Part shown: positions 19,059-27,808 of the stretch, in pieces | How the letters are laid out: each line of letters begins with the position of its first letter | How positions within the stretch are numbered: position 1 is the first letter of the stretch | From: Candidatus Woesearchaeota archaeon | Lineage (GTDB): Archaea; Nanobdellota; Nanobdellia; Woesearchaeales; UBA12501 | Direction: 5' to 3' | Assembly (NCBI GenBank): GCA_046484055.1 | Contig: JAWOBY010000034.1 | Span: 1-54,822, forward strand | Length of the DNA: 54,822 nucleotides | The notes under the pieces: generated by a model | What the model was told of the DNA's origin: nothing | The model's input: the letters and a program-made list of their open reading frames with translations, nothing else | Database searches by the model: none | Program-made: the position numbers and the translations under genes

Positions 19059-19118
19059 GCCTTTTCAATATAAACCTCCCTCCCGCCCCAAGCGCAGATT
19101 GAAAAGGCCAGAAAATAA
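19036..19118 (+). repeat. 23-bp direct repeat AGATTGAAAAGGCCAGAAAATAA (19036-19058 and 19096-19118) duplicating the last rps12 codons and stop, plus a hairpin across the stop codon
   Basis: The two copies are exact. ATTGAAAAGGC (19037-19047) pairs with GCCTTTTCAAT (19058-19068). Confidence 0.8.
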
Positions 19119-19262
19119 ACACTAAACCAAGCCTTCAGTGCTTTTAATGCTTTTTCAGGAACAGATAGCATATGATTCCTGTTCTCAGACAAGATCCAGA
19201 AAAAATCAAAACATTTATATATCACCTATGGCCTCAATGAAAAAGAGGAAGTTCTTAGGTGC

Positions 19263-19928
19263 TTGAAAAATAAGCAAGGAATAAAGATGGAAGAGAAAAA
19301 GGTAACCAAGACCGGCACTACAACAGTGGGCATAGTCTGCAAGGACGGCATCGTTCTGGCTGCTGACAAGAGAGCCACAATGGGCAATTTCATCGCCGGA
19401 AAGAATGTGGACAAGATATTCCAGATAGATGATACCATAGGGATAACCATTGCAGGAATGGTCTCTGACGCGCAGCTTCTGGTCAAGCTCATAAAAGCAG
19501 AGCTAAGGCTGAAGAAGTTCAGGACTGATGTGAGCATAAGCATGAAAGAGGCATCCAACCTTGTGGCGAGCTTCGCATACTCAAACATAAGGAAGATGAG
19601 CATGGTACCCGGTGTGGTGGGTTTCGTTGTGGGAGGAAAGGACAGTGAAGGCTACCATCTCTACAATATAGATGTTGCTGGAGGAATAACACCCGAGGAG
19701 GATTACACAGCAGACGGATCAGGTTCTGTTTTCGCTTACGGAGTCTTTGAGACAATGTACAAGAAGGGCATGACTGTTGAGGAAGGGATGAAGCTGGCAG
19801 TGAAGGCCATAAACGCGGCGCTCCAGAGGGACTCAGCATCAGGATCAGGAATAGACGTGGTCACTGTGACAGACAAGGGATACAGGAAGATGATGACCAA
19901 AGAAGTGGAAACCAAACTGGAAGCATGA
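19263..19928 (+). CDS. psmB: Proteasome subunit beta
   Basis: Propeptide followed by the catalytic TTTVGIVCKDGIVLAADKRAT. The start is TTG at 19263 or ATG at 19287. TATA ATTTATATAT at 19213-19222. Confidence 0.9.
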   Translation: MKNKQGIKMEEKKVTKTGTTTVGIVCKDGIVLAADKRATMGNFIAGKNVDKIFQIDDTIGITIAGMVSDAQLLVKLIKAELRLKKFRTDVSISMKEASNLVASFAYSNIRKMSMVPGVVGFVVGGKDSEGYHLYNIDVAGGITPEEDYTADGSGSVFAYGVFETMYKKGMTVEEGMKLAVKAINAALQRDSASGSGIDVVTVTDKGYRKMMTKEVETKLEA

Positions 19929-20099
19929 ACAAAACACTTCTTAGGACACTGCGCTCTTTAATGGCAAAAAATACAATATAAGACAGTATCAATCTATCTC
20001 AAGTGTTTTGGATTCGTTTCAACCCCATCAAAAAAAGCGGGTTTTTATATGAGAGAAAACATTTTTCTGGCAAAAAGTGATTATAGGTGAAAGAATAAA

Positions 20100-21989
20100 A
20101 TGGGAGACATAATAAAAGAAATGATGAAGTACCTGCCTGAAGACAAGATAAGCGACGCAGGATTTGAAGGCGCCAACATAATGTTCTACACCAAGGACAA
20201 GGAATTCTTCCTGAACAATAACGGCGTGGTGAAGAAGATAGTTGATAATTTCAAGAAGAGGGTTGAGCTGAGACCCGACCCTTCCATAACCATGAAGGAG
20301 GATCTGGCAAAGAAGAAGATAATGGAGATAATGCCCGAGGAGGCAGGCATAACAAACATACTCTTCGACCCGCAGAGGAGCCAGGTGGTGATAGAGACAG
20401 AGAAGCCAGGCCTCGCGATAGGAAAGCAGGGGGCTCTGCTCAGGGATGTCAGGGAGAAGACATTGTGGGTACCGCTCATAAAGAGGACTCCGCCCATAAG
20501 ATCACAGCTTATAGAGAACATAAGGTCCGTACTCTACCAGAACTCTGATTACAGGAGGAAATTCCTGAACAAGACAGGCCACAGGATATATGACGGATGG
20601 ATAAGGGACAGGAAGCATGAGTGGATAAGAGCGACATTCCTCGGAGGTGCCAGGCAGGTGGGGAGGAGCTGTATCCTGATACAGACTCCGGAATCAAGGG
20701 TGCTGCTGGACTGCGGGATAGATGTCGCATCTGACATGAATCCTTACCCATTCCTGGAAGCCCCTGAATTCAAGATCAACGAGCTCGACGCGGTCATAAT
20801 CACTCACTCGCACCTCGACCATTCAGGGCTCGTCCCGTACCTGTTCAAGTTCGGCTACCGCGGCCCGGTCTATTGCACAATGCCCACAAGGGATGTGATG
20901 TCACTGCTGCAGCTGGACCTGATAAAGATCATGGTCAATGAGGGCAAGGACCCCATCTACACTTCTGACGATGTCAAGGAGATGGTAAAGCACACGATAT
21001 GCCTGGATTTTGAGGAAGTGACTGATGTCACCCCTGATGTAAGGATAACACTCTACAACGCGGGGCATATACTCGGCAGCGCGATGGTCCACCTCCACAT
21101 AGGCAACGGCCTGCACAACATGCTGTACACGGGAGACCTGAAGTACGGCAAGACACAGCTTTTGAGGCAGGCCGCCACCAAATTCCCCAGACTGGAGACC
21201 CTCATGATAGAGAGTACCTACGGCGGCAAGGACAATGTGCTTCCCCCCCTCAAGGATGCGGATGAACTGATGAAGGACATCATAAAGAAGACCATAGAGA
21301 GGAACGGAAAGGTCCTCCTCCCTGTGTTGGGGTCGGGAAGAGCGCAGGATATAATAGTCATGCTGGACAGCCTCATGCAGAACAAGGAGATACCTGAGGT
21401 GCCGGTATATATAGACGGCATGGTGTGGGATATAACCGCCATACACACAGCATACCCTGAATTCCTAAACAACCACATAAGAAGGCTGATATTCCACAAG
21501 GACCAGAACCCCTTCCTCAACAGCATATTCAAGAGGATCGGATCAGGCAAGGAGAGGCAGCAGGTGCTGGAAGATGAAGGGCCCTGCGTGATAATGGCCA
21601 CATCAGGAATGCTTGTGGGAGGGCCTTCTGTCGAGTACCTTAGGGCGCTGGGTGACAATCCGAAGAACACCCTGATGTTCACATGCTACCAGGGAGAGGG
21701 CAGCCTCGGAAAACGCATCCAGGACGGCGAGCGCGAATTCAACTTCAGGGAGGGCCAGAAGACGGAGATACTCGACCTCAAGATGGAGATACACAAGGTG
21801 GAGATAACAGACCATTCTGACAGGAACCAGCTGATGAACTTCATAGGAAGGTGCGAGCCGAAGCCAAAGAAAGTGATCATAGACCATGGTGAGAACTCAA
21901 GATGCCTTGACCTCGCCTCATCCATACACAAGCAGTACAGGGTCGAGACCACAGCGCCGAGGAATCTTGAGGCGGTGAGAGTCAAGTGA
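20100..21989 (+). CDS. fttA: aCPSF1/FttA: KH-domain beta-CASP metallo-beta-lactamase ribonuclease (archaeal transcription termination factor)
   Basis: N-terminal KH-like region, MBL motif ITHSHLDHSG, and beta-CASP region. The 629-aa length is typical. Confidence 0.9.
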   Translation: MGDIIKEMMKYLPEDKISDAGFEGANIMFYTKDKEFFLNNNGVVKKIVDNFKKRVELRPDPSITMKEDLAKKKIMEIMPEEAGITNILFDPQRSQVVIETEKPGLAIGKQGALLRDVREKTLWVPLIKRTPPIRSQLIENIRSVLYQNSDYRRKFLNKTGHRIYDGWIRDRKHEWIRATFLGGARQVGRSCILIQTPESRVLLDCGIDVASDMNPYPFLEAPEFKINELDAVIITHSHLDHSGLVPYLFKFGYRGPVYCTMPTRDVMSLLQLDLIKIMVNEGKDPIYTSDDVKEMVKHTICLDFEEVTDVTPDVRITLYNAGHILGSAMVHLHIGNGLHNMLYTGDLKYGKTQLLRQAATKFPRLETLMIESTYGGKDNVLPPLKDADELMKDIIKKTIERNGKVLLPVLGSGRAQDIIVMLDSLMQNKEIPEVPVYIDGMVWDITAIHTAYPEFLNNHIRRLIFHKDQNPFLNSIFKRIGSGKERQQVLEDEGPCVIMATSGMLVGGPSVEYLRALGDNPKNTLMFTCYQGEGSLGKRIQDGEREFNFREGQKTEILDLKMEIHKVEITDHSDRNQLMNFIGRCEPKPKKVIIDHGENSRCLDLASSIHKQYRVETTAPRNLEAVRVK

Positions 21990-22083
21990 GGATAAGGTGA
22001 ACAGGCGCCCGCAGCCATGGATCTTTCTTATTGCCTTCTCTTTTTCTGTTCAGTAAATTTTTTATACACAGCCCTCTTCTGTC

Positions 22084-22545
22084 ATGGAGATGCATAAAAA
22101 AGAGGGAGTTATCCTCCTGCTCGCATGGGCGTTGATATCAGCAGTGATGCTCCTCAACATAGACAGCCCCACAGGCCGTGCGATCAGCGAGTGCCAGCCC
22201 GATGACACATACATGAGCGCGGATGGTGAGCTGAAGCACTGCGATTACTGCAAACCCGAATGGAAAGCTGTAAATACCTCATGCAGGAAGGATGATACAA
22301 TAACCCAGTATTTTACGGATGAGAATGACTGCTTCTGGAGGACAGGCCTCGCATCAGACAATAACAGGCCCGCGAACAACACTTACCCCTGCGATTATTG
22401 CACGCCGGACCTCATAGAGCGCAGGACCAACTGCTATGACGGGAAGAGATATGTGTTCCAGATAGACACCCGCGGCTGCTACAACAGAACCGGCCTGCTC
22501 CCGGACCTTCCTCCACCAAGGAAGACAAGGGATTGCAGCAGGTGA
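22084..22545 (+). CDS. Secreted Cys-rich protein with an internal duplication
   Basis: Signal/TM VILLLAWALISAVMLL. Two copies of the pattern CDYC-x8/9-C-x14-C-x3-TGL. Confidence 0.6.
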   Translation: MEMHKKEGVILLLAWALISAVMLLNIDSPTGRAISECQPDDTYMSADGELKHCDYCKPEWKAVNTSCRKDDTITQYFTDENDCFWRTGLASDNNRPANNTYPCDYCTPDLIERRTNCYDGKRYVFQIDTRGCYNRTGLLPDLPPPRKTRDCSR

Positions 22546-22770
22546 TCAGGACAGGCAAACGACAGCGGGGCAGTGAAGTGACAACAGGCAGGATAGACTG
22601 TGAAGGCCGCAACAGACCGTGCAGAAATCCCAGTTTTTGGGCGCGTTTGACCCCCCTTATGTTTCTAATATTCATCACCGAAAGTTAGCTTATCAGGCAT
22701 GGACAATCTCTCAAATGAATGCTGCTGAAAAACAGAAATGTTTAAATAAGTCTTATGTTAAAATATTCTT

Positions 22771-23280
22771 ATGTTAAAATGCCCAATCTGTAATAAACCA
22801 GAAGTAACTTTATGGAGGAAGGTTTGTGTAGGCCCAGCAAATACTATAAGATGCGGGCAATGCGGGGGGAGGATAGGTGTTCCATACTCTTCATTGCTTT
22901 ATGGTGTTCCCTTTTTGATGGCTGTTGCATACCTATTTATCTCTGGAATCAATGTAGTATCAGTGTTGGCATTGACACTTACATTCATTTTTGGCCTTGT
23001 CATGCGCATAAGATATGTCCCACTAATCCCTAAAGAGAACATTACAATCGATTTAAGCAAATACGAGAAAAAAATAAAAGGATTCTCAGGTCTAATAATC
23101 TCCATCATGGCTTTATTGATTATGATTATACCTTATATTACATTCAATAGAGTACAAAATATTTCCATATCAGAGTACATATCATTTACATTGAATACAA
23201 TCTCCCTGCTTATTCTTAATGTTCTCATGTTCTTATTTTTACTAGTGGGAATTTTTATATTTATCAGACAGATTAAGTAA
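22771..23280 (+). CDS. Zn-ribbon plus 4-TM membrane protein in an AT-rich islet
   Basis: N-terminal CPICN...CGQCGG followed by hydrophobic segments. TATA TTTAAATAAG lies about 28 nt upstream. Codon usage is visibly more AT-rich than in neighbouring genes. Confidence 0.55.
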   Translation: MLKCPICNKPEVTLWRKVCVGPANTIRCGQCGGRIGVPYSSLLYGVPFLMAVAYLFISGINVVSVLALTLTFIFGLVMRIRYVPLIPKENITIDLSKYEKKIKGFSGLIISIMALLIMIIPYITFNRVQNISISEYISFTLNTISLLILNVLMFLFLLVGIFIFIRQIK

Positions 23281-23668
23281 AGGCACCGATGTTATCAACT
23301 ATCAGGCTATAGGGGGTATTTTAACCCTGTAAGTATCAAAACCCTATTGGTGAACTTCTTTGATTGTCCTTGTGCTGGTCTCATCATACTGTTTTTTTAT
23401 GTAATTCTCTATATAAATATTTTTAAGCTGGCCATGCAAAAACCCTCTTTTTGAGGAGGACAATGATAGCGCCAAGGATTTCTACGCGGCCCTGCAACAG
23501 GATTATGTCAAAAAGAGTGCCATAGGAGATATTTATCAGATCAGATTACACCCTTTTCCCCGCTTAAGTTGAATGCACCCGCAACAGTAAAATATAAAAA
23601 CAAGAAATTCTTCACACCGCGCAGGCGCGCGGAGCGCGTGAAATGGGGGGATAAGAATAAGAAAGATT

Positions 23669-24295
23669 GTGCTGATACTCTGCCTGCTTTTGGTGTTCCT
23701 TGTAGCATGCGCACAATACAGCATGCAGGATGGTGATGCTGATGGCGGCGCACCTGAAGAGGAGACTGCCGGCGGAGATGGAAACGCTGATTCTGATGAG
23801 GGCCAGAATGACCAGACAGCCCGGCCGGCTGATGATACTGATGATGTTCCCGAAGGCGAAAATTCCCCTGATGTTGAATGCTATGATAATTCTGACTGCG
23901 GCGAAACGATTTATGGGGAGAAACACTGCTTCCAGAACGGTGTGGTAACACCCATAACAAAGCATGTCTGCGTGAATCCCGGCTCTGTGGACTCATACTG
24001 CAAGAAGGAGGAATCTGATGAGGTGGAGATGTGCTCGCCCGGCAAAGAGGTCTGCAGGGGGGGCGAATGCCTTGTGCTCGCGGAACAGCCCTGCAACGAA
24101 ACTGATGACGGCAGGGATTATGAGGAAGCGGGAGAAGTTTTTGACGCGGAGCTCATAAAATACAATGACAGGTGCCTTGATGAGGAGACCCTGATAGAAT
24201 ATTACTGCTCAGGAGGAGACAAGGGGGTTGCAGAGAAGGAAGAGCACATATGCGAGGGGGAATGCTCCGGAGGGGAGTGCGTAGAGTCTGAATAA
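23669..24295 (+). CDS. Lipobox-type secreted acidic Cys-rich protein
   Basis: GTG start. The N-terminus LLLVFLVAC resembles a lipobox. An acidic linker is followed by Cys-rich modules carrying CRGGEC and CSGGEC. Confidence 0.55.
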   Translation: MLILCLLLVFLVACAQYSMQDGDADGGAPEEETAGGDGNADSDEGQNDQTARPADDTDDVPEGENSPDVECYDNSDCGETIYGEKHCFQNGVVTPITKHVCVNPGSVDSYCKKEESDEVEMCSPGKEVCRGGECLVLAEQPCNETDDGRDYEEAGEVFDAELIKYNDRCLDEETLIEYYCSGGDKGVAEKEEHICEGECSGGECVESE

Positions 24296-24366
24296 AAGGA
24301 GCATAGATCTCTTGCGGGAATAACAGCCGGCAGCATTGTTTGAGCATCTGAAGACAGAAGGAGAAT

Positions 24367-25395
24367 ATGGAAGAGAACAGAGGACAGCTTGGGATAATAG
24401 CCTGCGATTCAGGAAGGCCTTTCGCAGAGAAGATAATAGGATTTCTTGAAGATATAATAAAATCAGAGAAAGCAAGGAATGACGTGAAGATACTTGACAC
24501 TCAAGAGGCCCGCTTCGCGAACAGCGAGATAAAGACAGAGCTGAATGAGAGCATAAGAGGGCATGACATATACATAATACAGGATGTGGCCAATTCTGTG
24601 ACAGGCTCCTCCATCGACACGAACCTGAGGGCGCTGAAGACCGCTATAGATGCGGCATGCAGGTGCGACGCGCATTACGTCACAGCAGTCCTGCCGGTCT
24701 TCCCTTACGCAAGGCAGGACAAGCCGCTTGTGAGGGAAGGCATAACCGCGGCCCAGGTCGCCAGGGAGATAGAGGACACAGGAGCTGAGAGGGTTATAAC
24801 CCTTGACGTGCATAATGAGGCGAGCGGAGGATTCTTCAGGAGAGCCAAGCTTGAGAATCTGCACGCCTCAAAGAACATGATGGGGTATGTGAGGGAGAAC
24901 ATAGGCATTGATGACCTTGCAGTACTTTCACCTGACCCCGGAGGGGTGAGAAGAGCGAACCACTACGCAAAGGCCCTGGGCGCAAAGCTCGGCATAATGT
25001 ACAAGGAGAGGGATTACTCAAGCGCCAATCATGTGGAGAATGTCGCGCTGCTGGGTGATGTCAAGGACAAGAACGTGCTTATAATTGACGATATGATAGA
25101 TACAGCAGGAACCCTTGTCAAGAATGTGGAACTGCTCAAGGAGAAACACGGGCCTAAAGATATCTATTTCGCATGCTCGCTGCCCATGTTCAACGGGCCT
25201 GCAGTGGAAAGGCTCAGAGGCGCGTATGACAAAGGCCTCCTCACATCAGTCATAGGCACCGACGCGGTATATCACGGAGGGGAAAACTTCCTGAAGGAAA
25301 ACCCATGGTACAGGGAAGTTTCAGTGGCCAAGTATTTCGCGAAAGTGATATTCAACATAAACCATCACCAGTCATTGTCTAAGCTGCTGGAATAG
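24367..25395 (+). CDS. prs: Ribose-phosphate pyrophosphokinase (PRPP synthetase)
   Basis: PYARQDK, ITLDVHN and the PRPP-binding LIIDDMIDTAGTL motifs. Confidence 0.9.
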   Translation: MEENRGQLGIIACDSGRPFAEKIIGFLEDIIKSEKARNDVKILDTQEARFANSEIKTELNESIRGHDIYIIQDVANSVTGSSIDTNLRALKTAIDAACRCDAHYVTAVLPVFPYARQDKPLVREGITAAQVAREIEDTGAERVITLDVHNEASGGFFRRAKLENLHASKNMMGYVRENIGIDDLAVLSPDPGGVRRANHYAKALGAKLGIMYKERDYSSANHVENVALLGDVKDKNVLIIDDMIDTAGTLVKNVELLKEKHGPKDIYFACSLPMFNGPAVERLRGAYDKGLLTSVIGTDAVYHGGENFLKENPWYREVSVAKYFAKVIFNINHHQSLSKLLE

Positions 25396-25417
25396 ATGAG
25401 AATGAATGGTGCCAGAT

Positions 25418-27007
25418 TCAATAATCCTTCAGGCTCACCTGCCCCTTCCTCTTTCTCTCAGGGACCTTGGCCTTGTCTATGTCCTGGCCGACCTGCCTCT
25501 TCACGTTGAAGGCGGTGTTCCTGCCTATGAGGTGCGCGAGAGCTGTTATGTCCGCTGTCTTGATGTCCTTCACATCCCTTATCCTGTTGTTGTAGAGCTT
25601 CCTCGCCCTCACCCTGCCTATGCCTTCAAGCCTGAGCAGGGGCAATAGCTCCTCCTTCACACCATACCTGAGCCTTAGCCTTGTCCTTATGACATTCTTT
25701 ATCATGCGGTGCAGCTTGAGCATGCGGGCCAGCTCCTCTGCAGAGTAGAGCAGCCAGTCCGCCCTGTCAATCTTGGCCCTTATCTCGCCGGGCCTTATAT
25801 TATACTTCTCCAGAAGTTCCTCCTCATCAGACTCATCGCACCAGTCATTGAAGAACATGGCTGTCTTTATGGAATTGAGATAATCATTATAGTCAGGATC
25901 ATAGAGCGACGGCTCGGGCACTATCAGTTCGGACTCGCGCTCCGCTATCTCAGAACTCACCGCATCATACTCCTTTGACCTCACCTTAAGGAGGGGCCTC
26001 ATCTCCAGGCATGTCGATACCATGTGCATGAAAGAGAAATCAGTTATCATCTTATTGCCTCCGAATTTCAGGGCATTGATTATATTATGCGCAGTGAGGG
26101 GATCGATGTAGAGCTGAGCCACCCTCTTTCCGAGAGGCGTTGCTTTCAGCTTCCCTTTGTCCATGCTGTCCGCGCTCACGAAATCATCAGCGAGGCCTTC
26201 CGCATTTATGAATCCGTAATCAGAGAGGAGCTTTATCATCTTGCGCATGATGGAATCCAGCTTCTCCATGTCCTCGAACTGGTAGGCCCAGAATGTTCTG
26301 CTGAAGAAATCAGAGAGCTCTTTCTCAGACTCAACGAACTCAGAAGCTATGAGGGACAGCACATAGGTCCTCAGCACCGGCTCGACAGCAAGCTTGGAGT
26401 GTATCTCCTCAACCTCTCCACTGATATAGACATCCTCAATCTTTTCCTTTTCCTTCTCGTTGCCTGCTATGGCTATTGCCTCGCCGTGGCTGTCGTATTT
26501 CGGCCTGCCGCACCTGCCTGACATCTGCTCGTACTCCAGCACAGGGATCCAGTCCAGGCCGTTCATGGTATATCTCTTCAGGTCCCTCACTATGGCGCGG
26601 AAAGCAGGCAAGTCTACGCCGGCAGCCAGAGTGGGAGTGGCTGATATTATCCTTATGATTCCTTCCCTGAAAGCGTCCTCAATCAGTGTCTTCTGCTCGC
26701 GCGCAAGGCCAGCGTGATGGAATGCAGTCCCTTTCTTCGCGCACCTGGAGAGCCTCTCGCACTGCCTTGTAGGCCTTGAAAGAACCTTCCTTATGCTCTC
26801 TGACAACTGCTCAAGCCTTTCCCTCCTGTCCCTCTCCTGAGGATCATTCTCATTGAATTTGAGCTTTGAGGCTATCTCCTCCGCCTGCTTCTCCGCCCCT
26901 CGCTTTGTATTCACGAACACAAGGGCCTGCTTGCCTTTTTCTATGGTGTCAAGGGCCAGGTCAACAGTGGGATTGTCCGTGGGCTCTTTTATCTTGAGTT
27001 TGGCCAT
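25418..27007 (-). CDS. Hel308/Ski2-like helicase C-terminal portion (RecA2, winged helix, ratchet and HhH domains) lacking the RecA1/DEAH domain
   Basis: Begins at motif IV (ALVFVNTKRGAEK). Contains FHHAGL, TPTLAAGVDLPA and QMSGRCGRP, and ends with an HhH-like tail (LRLEGIGRVRARKLY). No Walker A or DExH motif. Own BRE/TATA at 27029-27045. Confidence 0.8.
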   Translation of the reverse strand: MAKLKIKEPTDNPTVDLALDTIEKGKQALVFVNTKRGAEKQAEEIASKLKFNENDPQERDRRERLEQLSESIRKVLSRPTRQCERLSRCAKKGTAFHHAGLAREQKTLIEDAFREGIIRIISATPTLAAGVDLPAFRAIVRDLKRYTMNGLDWIPVLEYEQMSGRCGRPKYDSHGEAIAIAGNEKEKEKIEDVYISGEVEEIHSKLAVEPVLRTYVLSLIASEFVESEKELSDFFSRTFWAYQFEDMEKLDSIMRKMIKLLSDYGFINAEGLADDFVSADSMDKGKLKATPLGKRVAQLYIDPLTAHNIINALKFGGNKMITDFSFMHMVSTCLEMRPLLKVRSKEYDAVSSEIAERESELIVPEPSLYDPDYNDYLNSIKTAMFFNDWCDESDEEELLEKYNIRPGEIRAKIDRADWLLYSAEELARMLKLHRMIKNVIRTRLRLRYGVKEELLPLLRLEGIGRVRARKLYNNRIRDVKDIKTADITALAHLIGRNTAFNVKRQVGQDIDKAKVPERKRKGQVSLKDY

Positions 27008-27028
27008 GGGAAATCAGTTGGGGGAGTT

Positions 27029-27045
27029 GTTTAAATAGGTTTTGG
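27029..27045 (-). promoter_or_regulatory. BRE/TATA (CCAAAACCTATTTAAAC) for the truncated Hel308 gene
   Basis: Lies 22-38 nt upstream of the ATG at 27007, consistent with a leaderless or short-leader transcript. Confidence 0.5.
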
Positions 27046-27073
27046 AGTGGTTTGAAGCAGGTTTCTTGAAAAA

Positions 27074-27517
27074 TCATAGTATTTTCTCAGCCAGGATCCT
27101 GTATTCCTTCACATCGTCCTTTTTCTCAATCTCAAGAAAATCAAAATCATTCTTCGCCAGATAATTGAGCATCTCCCTTCTCTTGTTCCGGGTCTTGATC
27201 CTTATCCTGTCATAGCCTTTCTTTTTGGCCCATCCCATGAGGTAAGCCATCATTGCCTTCAGGATTCCCCTGCCCCTGAACTCAGGTATGACTCCGGCCA
27301 TCCAGCAGTAGAAAGAGCCGTCGCTGTACCTGTCATATGCTATGATATATCCTGCGGGGTTTTCTCCTGAATAAGCGACAAGAAAAAGAAGGTCTTTTCC
27401 CCGGGTCTTCTCCAGGGCGTTCTCCTCTGAGTATTGCTTGCCGAACTCTGGTATGAGCCCGTCAACCCTCATGGCCTGCTCAAGGGTGGTTTGTTTTACG
27501 GTGATTTTTTCCGGCAT
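27074..27517 (-). CDS. GNAT-family N-acetyltransferase
   Basis: Acetyl-CoA binding-like segment VIPEFRGRGILKAMMAYLMGWAKKKG. 147 aa. Confidence 0.8.
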   Translation of the reverse strand: MPEKITVKQTTLEQAMRVDGLIPEFGKQYSEENALEKTRGKDLLFLVAYSGENPAGYIIAYDRYSDGSFYCWMAGVIPEFRGRGILKAMMAYLMGWAKKKGYDRIRIKTRNKRREMLNYLAKNDFDFLEIEKKDDVKEYRILAEKIL

Positions 27518-27528
27518 TATGAGTATAA

Positions 27529-27665
27529 TGGGCCCGGCCGGATTTGAACCGGCGACCGCACGATTATCAGTTTCACATCCTAACAGGCATCCCTACTAGG
27601 AACGTGTGCTCCATTGCCCAGAATAACACAGTTTGTGCATCTCTTCCAGGCTAAGCTACGGGCCC
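27529..27665 (-). tRNA. tRNA-Ile (GAU) with two introns: about 27612-27643 in the D-loop and about 27572-27602 between positions 30/31
   Basis: Acceptor GGGCCCG/CGGGCCC with discriminator A, and T-arm GCCGG-TTCAAAT-CCGGC. After removing 32 and 31 nt, the D-stem is GCTT/GAGC, the anticodon stem is CACGA/TCGTG and the loop is CTGATAA. The mature length of 74 nt matches canonical archaeal tRNA-Ile ends. Confidence 0.8.
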
Positions 27666-27802
27666 AAAATTTTTCGTGGGGTTTCCGAAGGAACACCCCA
27701 CCAGGCCCGCTTCCGAGGGTAGATTCCAAAACTTGTTTTTGGAATTAAGGAAATCTCTGATTTCCTGTTTGATGACGCTCCCATGGCTAATATACGGGCC
27801 CG
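27666..27802 (-). other. 137-nt non-coding element between tRNA-Asn and tRNA-Ile. It starts with a degenerate copy of the tRNA-Ile 5' end and ends with a conserved hairpin.
   Basis: GGGCCCGTATATTAGCCATGG compares with tRNA-Ile GGGCCCGTAGCTTAGCCTGG. Internal hairpins are GGAAATC/GATTTCC and ATTCCAAAA/TTTTGGAAT. The terminal hairpin at 27676-27701 is shared with 41509-41545. Confidence 0.6.
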
Positions 27803-27808
27803 AAAAAA
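27803..27808 (-). terminator. T6 run directly after tRNA-Asn
   Basis: AAAAAA on the plus strand immediately 3' of the discriminator base. Oligo-T is the archaeal termination signal. Confidence 0.5.

Noticed and set aside
19237-19262. ATG at 19237 as the psmB start
   Set aside because: It is in a different frame and terminates after 9 codons. The in-frame candidates are TTG at 19263 and ATG at 19287.
23541-23996. Minus-strand ORFs (151, 117 and 62 aa) overlapping the start of the lipoprotein gene and the islet edge
   Set aside because: They are His/Arg/Ser-rich antisense translations of the acidic GAT/GAA-rich region. The plus-strand gene has a lipobox and Cys modules.
27666-27802. A fourth tRNA gene between tRNA-Asn and tRNA-Ile
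   Set aside because: It has an acceptor-like 5' end (GGGCCCG) and a possible 3' partner (CGGGCCT). However, no D-stem, anticodon arm or T-arm (no TTCRA loop) can be built, even when introns are allowed.
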